This document shows, piece after piece, positions 10,753-20,000 of a DNA stretch of 64,000 nt (position 1 is its first letter; every line of letters begins with the position of its first letter). The stretch is from an uncultured cyanobacterium (lineage in GTDB: Bacteria; Cyanobacteriota; Cyanobacteriia; Cyanobacteriales; CAWUOF01): assembly GCA_963744145.1 (NCBI GenBank), contig CAVUSO010000001.1, forward strand, positions 3,584,001 to 3,648,000, given 5' to 3'. Both the position numbers and the translations under genes were made by a program. The notes under the pieces were generated by a model, which did no database searches, had not been told where the DNA came from, and saw nothing but the letters and a program-made list of their open reading frames with translations.

Positions 10753-10936
10753 TTGGCAACGTCTAGATGCTATGACTGATGAAGATATTGATTTCTCTGA
10801 TTGTCCTGAAGTTACACCGGAAATGTTTGCTAAAGCAGTAGTCCACCGGGGTTTGCCGAACTCTGATAGTAAAGCTGAAGTGACTTTACCCATTGACATT
10901 GATGTGTTGGAAAAGAAATTAGAAACTTTTAATTAG
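10715..10936 (+). CDS. brnA: BrnA family antitoxin, apparently C-terminally truncated
   Basis: TDWQRLDAMTDEDIDFSDCPE motif, overlapping brnT. It ends soon after IDIDVLE and lacks the usual RHH tail. Confidence 0.7.
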   Translation: MNNEFTLSKSQTDWQRLDAMTDEDIDFSDCPEVTPEMFAKAVVHRGLPNSDSKAEVTLPIDIDVLEKKLETFN

Positions 10937-11153
10937 TTAGGTTACCAGTTCAAAGCATCAGCACTCGGGCGACGATTGATCGCTTAAAATTTTGCTTGCT
11001 CGCTTGCCATGAGCGAGCGTAGAGACGTTCAGACGGAAATGTACAGAGCGGAGTCGAGGGCTGTGTACTTAGTGGATTCATGTTCTCTTTTTTACCACAT
11101 TCTCACTTCAACTGCGTAACTTCTGAGAAAATACTATATTTCTCATTTTTTTC

Positions 11154-11182
11154 TTGACTTATTAATAAAGAACAGGTATTAT
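11154..11182 (+). promoter_or_regulatory. Sigma70-type promoter TTGACT-N17-TATTAT with an upstream palindrome
   Basis: Near-consensus -35/-10 boxes with 17-nt spacing. TGAGAAA-N8-TTTCTCA lies at 11124-11145. Confidence 0.5.
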
Positions 11183-11529
11183 CTCATTTAAGTCAGTGAA
11201 AGATTTACTTGGCTGACCCGATCGCCTTTTCAGATGGGGCTACTCTCAACCAAATTTCTTAGTCCCCTGGTTTCGATCGCAGGGGTAAGGGAGATTTATG
11301 TCTGTAGCAGATCAACAGAGAAATGATCTGAGGTTGGTACATAAGTAACTTTACTGATTTTGGCTGATTTGCATAATTTTCTGATTTTGGTCTGGTTAAT
11401 AGTCAAACACTGAACAAAAACTGGGGAAATTCAACTTATGTCAAAAGGTGATCATATCTACGTTCACTGGTTCACTGTTGTATTTAAGTAGTTCACTGTC
11501 CAAGTATTTTCTACTAGAGTGTTAAAACA

Positions 11530-11763
11530 ATGAATGATTTAAAAGTTTTAGGTGCTATTGCAAGTACGGCAGGAGCAGTTGGTGCAGAAGCTATAACTGT
11601 AGCCACTATTACTTCTACTGTTCCCGCAACAGGAATCGCAGGTTTTTTGGGCTTGACTACAACTGCTACAACTGTCGTAGCTCTTCCAGCAGCAGGTCTT
11701 GTCGCAGCAGCAGGTCTTGTCGGTTACGGGATTTACAAAGGAGTACAATTAGCACGTAAATAA
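11530..11763 (+). CDS. Small Gly/Ala-rich hydrophobic protein
   Basis: 77 aa, almost entirely hydrophobic or small residues, with a basic C-terminus. Confidence 0.65.
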   Translation: MNDLKVLGAIASTAGAVGAEAITVATITSTVPATGIAGFLGLTTTATTVVALPAAGLVAAAGLVGYGIYKGVQLARK

Positions 11764-11951
11764 TCTTAACAATCACTCCCTACTCGTTAGCAGACCCCTG
11801 GCAAAAGTCGGGTAGGGTTATCCTGGCATTTTGATTGATTTCCAATAGCTAAAAAATGGCTACACAAACATTATCCTGATCTTAAGCCAACTTTAAATTA
11901 AGTCAGCCAAACTATAATAGGGCGATCGCTCACTAGCATCAATATCCGAGC

Positions 11952-12118
11952 CCGGGCTGTTTTATTATCCCCTTTGACCTCTCCCCCAACCCCTCTCCTA
12001 AGAGGAAAGGTGAGCAAGATTTAATAGTATTAATTACTCCCCCTTCCCTTGTAGGGAAGGGGGTTGGGGGGTTAGGTTTTAAGATTTAGAATATCGCAGG
12101 TCGAATGAAACAGCACTG
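11952..12118. mobile_element. Second, inverted copy of the MITE-like element
   Basis: Same two hairpin repeats as 8078-8264 in reverse order. Degenerate ends CGGGCTGTTTTTAT and ATGAAACAGCACTG. Confidence 0.6.
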
Positions 12119-12179
12119 CTCCCTGAGCTAAAGATCGCCATCTCGATCAAAGTTACTTATATAAAGGATATCCCCAAAA

Positions 12180-12725
12180 ATGCAAACTATTCAAGTCGCT
12201 CAAATTAGCGGTATTGCAGGCAAAATCATTGGTACAATTCCCGTACAAACTAGGGGAAGTATAACTATCAAAATAGTTGGTAATATGTTACAAGTCCAAA
12301 AAGAAACATTTTATGGTTTGGAAACAGAAGAAACTATTATCCCGATTGAAGAGGTTAAAGCAATTGAAACAGGGGAAGGCTGTACTTGGTGGCTGTTTTA
12401 CTTAGGAAGTGTTCCATTAATCTTAGGAAGTGTTCCATTAATCTTAGGAGGTTTTTCAGGATATTTTTTAATTGGTATTATTTTTATTGTTCTAGCATTT
12501 GTAGTCAAACAACGACGAATTATTATTTATACCAGTAAAATAGATTTGATTTTATTTTATAAAAAGACTGAAAAAATCGCTCCTTTTAAGACTGCTCTTT
12601 TAGAATTTATTTGTTCTAAAACTGCTACAGCCAAAACTGCTAATATTCCCAAACCCCCACAGACTATCCCATCACCACCACAGACTCCTCCTTCATCACC
12701 CCCACGCGCTTTAGGTAAGAAATAA
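12180..12725 (+). CDS. Hypothetical membrane protein with a Pro-rich tail
   Basis: Central hydrophobic hairpin containing a 21-bp tandem duplication (LGSVPLI x2). Confidence 0.7.
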   Translation: MQTIQVAQISGIAGKIIGTIPVQTRGSITIKIVGNMLQVQKETFYGLETEETIIPIEEVKAIETGEGCTWWLFYLGSVPLILGSVPLILGGFSGYFLIGIIFIVLAFVVKQRRIIIYTSKIDLILFYKKTEKIAPFKTALLEFICSKTATAKTANIPKPPQTIPSPPQTPPSSPPRALGKK

Positions 12726-12766
12726 AATTAGCTTTCTAGTTTTAGTTTAACATATTATGTCAATTT

Positions 12767-15193
12767 ATGAGCTATCTGGAAACCATTTTTGCAGAAATAT
12801 CGAGACTAAATCAAGGGTTAAGATTAACCTTTGGTCCACCAGATGTAATGCAGGAACAGTTAGCAGAATTTCAAGAAAATTACTCGCAACTGTTAAAAAT
12901 TCAAACGGAAATAAATGCTTATCGGGAAATACTGCAAGGAGAAATTGCTAAAATTGATGCGATTAGATTAGCTAAAGCAGCTGCGGGAATAGTTTTGCTC
13001 TTGGTCAGTGAAAACAACGATAATAATAACAGCGATTTTCTGAGTGAAATTGGTTCACAAATCGCTTCACAAGTTGGTAATAATCTTTTAGATGAAGCGA
13101 TCCATACCGAAAACAGTTTACGAGAATTATATCAGGTTTTAACTACAACTGATCAGGGCATTGTAGTAATGCTTCAGAGAATAGAAACTCTGATTTATGT
13201 GGCTGAAGAATGTTCAAGTAATTTCGCTTGTAGAGAGTATCTTGATTCTACCTATTCATCCGCTAGTTTATCTCAATTATCGGCAAATTTAAGCGATCTA
13301 GCTGTTCGGTTAAAGTTTGATTTTGTGATTGGTAAACCTGAATTAGTTAAAAAACAAGCGTTATCAATAGAAGAAACTATTCAAGAGTTACAGCATTTTA
13401 AAGACAAATTAGAGAAATTTACCCAGTGGTATCGAGAAAATAGCGATTTAACGGTAACTATTGGTTTTATTGAGACTTTATTAGGGTTTCTGGGAAGTGG
13501 TGTTGCTAATATTGAATATAACGGTAATGGAGAATTAGTTTTTACCATTGAAGAAAAACAGTGGGCTGTAGCGGATATCGGGAATTATTGTCAGAGTTGG
13601 GAGGAGAGTATTAATTATTTATTACCTTTATCCAGTGCTTTGGTAAAGTTTGTTAAACAGTATTTTAATCATCCCAGTATAGATAAACTGACCACAGTTA
13701 CACTCCCATCTAGAAGTTTGGATAACTTGCAAGCAGAAATTATTATGCAGGTTAATAGTATTAATTCTAAGTTTTATTTGCTCAATTCTAGATCGATTAA
13801 TCAACAATTACAAAAAATCATCAATTTTCAAGAACAGATTAAATTTATTCAGACTAATTTAAGAATAGCAGTGCAAAAGTTTGATCCTAAAGCAGCATTT
13901 CCTTTAAATTGTGAAGCGATCGCAGCTTTATTAAATTTATTAGGTCTGTTTCTGGTAGGAGTAGGATGCGATCGGGAAGGAATTTTAGTTTTTTACCACA
14001 CCGAAGGTACAGAAACAGTTACTAATATGATCCAGACTTGTGTTAGGATCGAACAAAGTCTAAAACAATCAGTTATTACCAGCATTAATTTAAGAAGATT
14101 AGCAGAACAATGTCTAAAGAGTGCTAATTTAATGCAAGAATTAGAAGCAAATAAACAGCCAATTGCTTTGACATATTGGCAACAGAAAGTCAAAGAAGCA
14201 ACCAAAGAAGTAAAAACTATTAACCTAGCTTTTGAAGATGTTAAAAAGATGCGGCTACAGGTTAAATACCTGCAAAAGATCGCCGATCACCTGACGCAAA
14301 TTAAGCTAAAATTAGAAAAAGTTATTCGAGTAGCTGATCAAAAAACAGGGCTGTTTCTCGGTTCTTTAACCATTAGTGTTTTAATGGCTATCTTAGGATC
14401 TATTTCTGCCATAGAATTGAGCGATCACGGTCAACTCCTCATTTATCAACCAGAAAACGAGAAACCCCTAGAAGCTAAAGCAATCGTTGAATTTTGCTCG
14501 AAATTACAGCAAAAAATCAAACCTCAGCTAGCTAAAATTGAGCAACTAATTCAACTGGGAGAAAAATGTCTTAAAGATGTCGCATTTCGCAAAAAATTAA
14601 TCGCGCAACAGCGAAAAAATCAGCTAGCTTTAAACCTACTTGTAGCATTTTCCCTATTGGTAGTGTTAATTCCTGTAGGTTGGTTCGGTGGAAATAGAGG
14701 ATTTCAAGAATATACCCGATATAAAGCTAATTCGTTAGTAGCGCCAACAGGATCAGCGATCGCAGCGACAAATATAAATGACTTAAAAATTCAACAGCAG
14801 CAATTAAAAGAAGCGATCGCACTTTTAGAAAGTATTCCCTCTATGCCTTGGTCAAGCTATCAGCAAGCGCGAGCAGATATAGATAATATTTTGCTGCGGT
14901 TACAAACAGTAGAGGAAAAAATAAAAGTAGAAGAAGAAGCATTAACTACCCTGCAAACAGCCGTAGAATTAGCAACAGAATTAAGCAACAATACGAATAA
15001 ACTAGACACCCAAATATCTAACTTACGGGAATCAAAAACTAAATGGCGAAAGATCATCGCCCTATTAGATTCAATTCCCGAGGAAACATTTGTTTTTCAG
15101 CAAGCTCAACAATATCTAGCGGAATACCGCTCCAAGTATAATGCTATAGCCAAGCAAGTAAATGTAATGGATAAATTAGAAAAAGTGCCATAA
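12767..15193 (+). CDS. Large helical membrane protein with three 150-aa internal repeats
   Basis: GELVF, GILVF and GQLLI motifs at 13529, 13979 and 14429. One TM near aa 625-645, followed by a helical domain. Confidence 0.8.
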   Translation: MSYLETIFAEISRLNQGLRLTFGPPDVMQEQLAEFQENYSQLLKIQTEINAYREILQGEIAKIDAIRLAKAAAGIVLLLVSENNDNNNSDFLSEIGSQIASQVGNNLLDEAIHTENSLRELYQVLTTTDQGIVVMLQRIETLIYVAEECSSNFACREYLDSTYSSASLSQLSANLSDLAVRLKFDFVIGKPELVKKQALSIEETIQELQHFKDKLEKFTQWYRENSDLTVTIGFIETLLGFLGSGVANIEYNGNGELVFTIEEKQWAVADIGNYCQSWEESINYLLPLSSALVKFVKQYFNHPSIDKLTTVTLPSRSLDNLQAEIIMQVNSINSKFYLLNSRSINQQLQKIINFQEQIKFIQTNLRIAVQKFDPKAAFPLNCEAIAALLNLLGLFLVGVGCDREGILVFYHTEGTETVTNMIQTCVRIEQSLKQSVITSINLRRLAEQCLKSANLMQELEANKQPIALTYWQQKVKEATKEVKTINLAFEDVKKMRLQVKYLQKIADHLTQIKLKLEKVIRVADQKTGLFLGSLTISVLMAILGSISAIELSDHGQLLIYQPENEKPLEAKAIVEFCSKLQQKIKPQLAKIEQLIQLGEKCLKDVAFRKKLIAQQRKNQLALNLLVAFSLLVVLIPVGWFGGNRGFQEYTRYKANSLVAPTGSAIAATNINDLKIQQQQLKEAIALLESIPSMPWSSYQQARADIDNILLRLQTVEEKIKVEEEALTTLQTAVELATELSNNTNKLDTQISNLRESKTKWRKIIALLDSIPEETFVFQQAQQYLAEYRSKYNAIAKQVNVMDKLEKVP

Positions 15194-15843
15194 CTCGCGA
15201 TCGCATTCCCTTGTTGTTCAGTATTACCCCCAACAGTCTTTTCTAGTAAGGGATTAGTCACAGCACTTAGAACGCGATCGCCGCTCAACAACAAATCGCC
15301 CAAACCCAACAACAAGCTGAAAAACTAGCGGCCAAACTGCGATAATTGGGTATTGAGCCAAATACACTACTTTGATTACTGGTGGAGTGGGGGCGATCGC
15401 TTCCATTTTCCTTTATACCAGATTCACCAAGCACTGCTACAGATCCAGATCCCCCTCGCATCCCCCTTAAAAAGCTACGGTAGACCCAAGACTGGGAAAA
15501 AGAGGGGCTTCATTGTATACAGCGATGGCACAACATCAATCAGTAAATATTCGGAAAATCAGTAAAAATCGAGCCGAGCAAGTTGGATATTACCGATTTT
15601 TAGGGAATGAGAATGTAAAAACTGGAGAATTAGTTGTAAGTTTAGGAGAGCATTGCGCCTTACAGGTAGATGGAAAACACCATGTCTTAGCGATAGCGTG
15701 ATAGTAGTGAAATTAACTTAGAGTCTCACTATCGGGAGATTGAAATCCGAGGGAATTGGAGTAGTAGGAAACAATAAAGATGTCGGATTTTATATTCATC
15801 CCACACTGGTACTAGATGCAGAAAATGGATTCCCACTTGGAGA

Positions 15844-15869
15844 AGGGGCGTATTGCAATACGCCCGTAC
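15844..15869. repeat. GTAG-type REP/SDR-like palindrome, copy 1
   Basis: AGGGGCGTATTGCAATACGCCCGTAC. Confidence 0.85.
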
Positions 15870-16242
15870 AGTGCAATTATGGACAAGATCACCTGCTCAT
15901 CAGGATCAGCATGAAAGAAAATATAAAAACTTACCGATTGAAGAAAAAGAATCCTATAAAGGGCTACTGTCAGCCGCTCAAACCCGCACCTGTTTCAGCT
16001 GGTCTAATGTGAAAATGGTGACTCATATAGGCGATCGGGAAAGCGATATATTTGAGGAATTTGTCAGAGTACCTAATCAACAGCATCATCTCTTAATTAG
16101 AGTCGGACAGAACCGTCGGCTCAAAGAGCAGTCCGAGTCTCTGTATACCTATTTAAGTCAGCAACATTGTGAAGGAACTTATCCCATTGAAGTCCAGGCT
16201 GACTCACAGGTTGAACGAACAGCGAGAGAAGCATTCATGTGC

Positions 16243-16268
16243 AGGGGCGTATTGCAATACGCCCGTAC
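16243..16268. repeat. REP/SDR-like palindrome, copy 2
   Basis: AGGGGCGTATTGCAATACGCCCGTAC. Confidence 0.85.
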
Positions 16269-16331
16269 TTGCCCTCGTTCAAATTCAGCGTCCTGAGCAT
16301 TTATCTGCCGCAGATGATCCGGAAAGTGTCA

Positions 16332-16359
16332 GTACGGGCGTATTGCAATACGCCCCTAC
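16332..16359. repeat. REP/SDR-like palindrome, copy 3 (opposite orientation)
   Basis: GTACGGGCGTATTGCAATACGCCCCTAC. Confidence 0.85.
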
Positions 16360-16770
16360 AACGCAGTGGAAGCTGTAGAAATCAATCCACCAAAAGGTCA
16401 ACAACCGATTCACTGGCGATTACTCACCACACATACAGTAGTTTGTATTGAACAAGCGCTACAAGTAATTGAATGGTACAAATGGCGCTGGCGGATTGAA
16501 CAATTGTTTGCTACGCTCAAATCCGTTGGCTTAGATCTCGAAGCAACTCAATTAGAGTCAATTAAATCTATTCAAAAATTGTGTGTTTTAGCTTTATCGG
16601 TAGCTGTCAGAATTTTGCAGTTAATTGTCGGGCGTGACCAGCCTGAATTACCTGCAACCTACGCATTCAATGATGAACAACAGCAATGTTTATCCCAGAT
16701 TGCTCCGACGGTTTCCGGGCAAACTTTGGCACAGCAAAATCCTGATCCACCTCATTCTTTACCTTGGGCA

Positions 16771-16799
16771 GTACGGGCGCAAAAGCAATACGCCCCTAC
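16771..16799. repeat. REP/SDR-like palindrome, copy 4 (variant)
   Basis: GTACGGGCGCAAAAGCAATACGCCCCTAC. Confidence 0.8.
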
Positions 16800-17072
16800 C
16801 GATTATTGCTCGACTGGGTGGTTGGTCTGGCTATCGGTCTCAAAAACCGCCGGGAATTACTACCTTAGTGCGCGGACGCGAGCCAATTTCAATCCTTTTT
16901 TTATGGTTGGAAACTCGCTCTAGGTATGGTTGTGTGTACACCGTAGCTCCTAAGAGGAAAGGGGTTGGGGGGGAGGGGGAGGTGTTCTGCTAGAATTAAA
17001 AGTCCCCCTTAATAAGGGGGATTTAGGGGGATCTAGCTCTGTGCAACTTCACATTAAATTGGTATTATAAGA

Positions 17073-20000
17073 TTAAAATCTAGTTTCATATTCAATCACT
17101 GCTTGACTATCCCCGGAAAAATCTGTACCACCACGAATCCGAAGTTTATTAGTGAGTCGATAGCGCAAATTAAACTGTAAAGGAGTAGGTGCTGTCAAAA
17201 TCTTTAAGACGGAAGTAGATAATTTTCGGGAGAGATCTAAACCTGCTTCTGCAGCTAATCCTAACGTCGATGAATTTGATGAGCTACGGGCTTGATTTTG
17301 GGGAATTAAAGTGGGAAAAAGTCGAAACTCACTTAACCCCGTAGCATTAGTAATAAGATTCTGAAAATTTCCGAATATTGCTGATCCAGCTAAATTTGCA
17401 ATCCCCAGGGTACTATTTCCTCGTCCTAAAGTATTGATAAAACCACCACCAATCAAAGCAACGATCTCTGCTGGAGATCGGGTAGGAGAACTGGTTAATC
17501 GTAACTGATCAAGTAATTGACTAGCTTGACCTTTTACCCGAGCAGTAATAATCACTGTTTCCGAACCAGTACCACTCGCTTTAATCACATCTTCCTGCAC
17601 TTCATTAGAAGCTGGATTCGGTAATCTTGAACCTCCTTGACTGTCCTGTACTGTCGCAACTAGACTCACATTTAATACTGGATCTAGTCCTATATTTGGG
17701 AAAAATTGAGCTGTTTGCTTATGGTCTTTATCAAGACTAAACTGAGTCGTAAATAAGTTGACCTGTCCACTTTTCAAGCGAATTGTTCCTTCGGGTTGCA
17801 GATCAGTCAAAGGACCATTTATGCTCAAATCACCTGCTGCTAAAAATTCTAATATAGGAGCGCGAGTAATTCTCACCCTATCTCCCAAAATCAACTTTAA
17901 ATTATTGAACTCTGGTTGAATAGATGGTCCGTTATTATCACTAGATTGAACTGCAAAAGCAGTCATCTTGGGATCAGATAATAATACCTGTCCATCGCTT
18001 AAAATAATTTGACCACTAAGTTTTGGTACTAAAGCATTTCCTTTGAGTAAAATCTTACCATTTACATCCCCTTGATACAGTCCACGCAAATTCATCGCTA
18101 ACCGATTTAAGTTCACTGTCAAGGGATTGTCATAATCTGGATCTTGTGCAGTTAAATCTAAGATTAAAGGTAATACTCCTTTGACCGTAACTTCCCCTTT
18201 ACTAAATTGTCCTTTCAATAGTTCCACATTTAAGCGATCGCGAGTAAAATTCACCTTACCCTTAATTCCAGTGATCGGATCTGGTAACACTGATGCTTTG
18301 ACTATTGCATCTTCAAATACCGCTCCACCTGTAACAGTAGGACGCAAAACTGTACCTCCTACCATTAATTGTACTTGTCCTTTTCCTCCTAACCAACTCA
18401 CCTCATTATTGAGTAAGTTCAACAGAGATAAACCTTCATTTTTCACATTTACATTTAAACTAATCTTGTCACTATCTGGAAATACTTTCATAAAAGACAA
18501 CCGATAGGGAAAACTTCCATTTACTTCAATCGGGTCTTTTCCTCCAGTTTCTAAATCAGCACCAAAATTTAATCTAGCATTTGCATAGGAAAAACTTCCC
18601 GATGCTTTCTGTAAAGGTTTACCATTTAACCTTCCTTCTGGAAAACTAATCACTCCCCGAGCTAAAGGATTATCTTGATTACCAGCTAGAGCAGCAGTAA
18701 CATTAACATTTCCGGTAATATCAATAAAGCGGAAATCAACAAATTGTCGTAAAGTCTCGATCGGGAAATTTTCGACTCGTAATTGTCCTGATTGATTTCC
18801 GACTCCAACTTTTCCGGAAAAACTGATTAAGGTCTTACCATCTTCTAACCTGACTGGAATTAACGTCAGAGATCCATTGTCTAAAGATCCTTTAGCAATG
18901 ACCTTTTCTGCATTAAGTTTACCCCAGTTCCATTTAGAACCAGTGAGATCAAAATTAGCAGCAATTCCTCCATTTAAAGAACCTGTAAAATTAACTGTAC
19001 CACCAAAAGTTCCCTTAAAATCTGCTAAAGGAGGTAAATTGTTTTGTTCAGCTAGGTTTCGTTCTTGAATTAAGGTTTCAATTTCTGAAAATCTTCTTAA
19101 TTGGGAAAGGAGTGGTAAATTTTCTAAACTTTCTTCGACAATTGGGATTTGTTGAGCATTACTATAAACTGGGGGAGTTAATCCTCTAGAGATATCGCTA
19201 ATATCAAACCATTGTAGAGCTGTAAGAACTGTTTGAATTTGTCCTGCTTCTACTTTTGCTGTACCTTGAAATTGGGGATTTGAACCTGCTAAAGATAACC
19301 GGAAATTTTCCAGACTATATTTACTTTCTCCTTGCTGAATTTGAGCATTAGCTAAACTAGCAATCCCATTGACGATATTAAATTGGGCTCCTAAATTGTC
19401 CATGATAAAGCGACCTGCTCGAAAATTAGCGATCGCGATATTACCTGTTGCTCCTAATTGAGCTAGATCAAAGCTTTGAATTCTCTTAATACTGACATTA
19501 CCAGTTAGATTACCACTCAATAATCCCGGTCCGACGGGAGAGGGTAAAGCGATATTAGCAGTAGCTAATGCAAAATTATTTAGACTGACTTGAAGATAAT
19601 CTCCTTGCACAATTCCGGTCGCGATCGCATCTCCATGTTGAATCTTAAATCCATTAATTGCTGCTACATTTAATCCTCTACTTAAATCTATATTTGCGAC
19701 AAGTTGGTCTTGTTTTCCAGCAATTTGTAAATCTATACCTTGTGAACTTGCGTTGATTTTACCACTTAATTGCGGATCAAAAGCGATTTGATTAATTGCT
19801 AAATTAGCAAAAGCTAAATTTCCCTGAATACTTGGTGCTGTTAAGGTTCCTCCAATATGTCCTTGGAAATCTGCTTCTCCTGATAAGGGATTAGCTGCTA
19901 GATAGGGATTAGGAGGAGCTAGATGTAATCCTACATCTCCAACTTGTTTGAGGTTTAAGTGATTTGCTTGGATATTAAAATCAAATTCACCAATTTGAGG

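Larger units (their letters stand above)
15475..16946 (+). mobile_element. Degenerate IS4-family (IS50/Tn5-like) element, transposase pseudogene
   Basis: Ends CTACGGTAGAC... and ...TGTGTGTACACCGTAG. Fragments HIGDRESDI, WRLLT, YKWRWRIEQLF and IARLGGW...PPG lie in shifting frames. Confidence 0.85.
15415..17065. mobile_element. IS630-end-related MITE-like shell interrupted by an IS4 element
   Basis: Ends ATACCA...TGGTAT. The reverse complement of the right end (ATACCAATTTAATGTGAAGTTGCAC) resembles the IS630 TIR at 42086-42119. Inverted AGATCCCCCT..ATCCCCCTTA blocks lie inside both ends. Confidence 0.5.

Noticed and set aside
10995..11062. Degenerate short dispersed repeats (GTAGAGACGTT..., GAGCGGAGTCGAGGG; also about 44464)
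   Set aside because: Too decayed to delimit reliably.
15844..16799. Palindromic repeats as a CRISPR array
   Set aside because: Spacing is irregular, orientation is mixed, the intervening DNA is transposase sequence and there are no cas genes.
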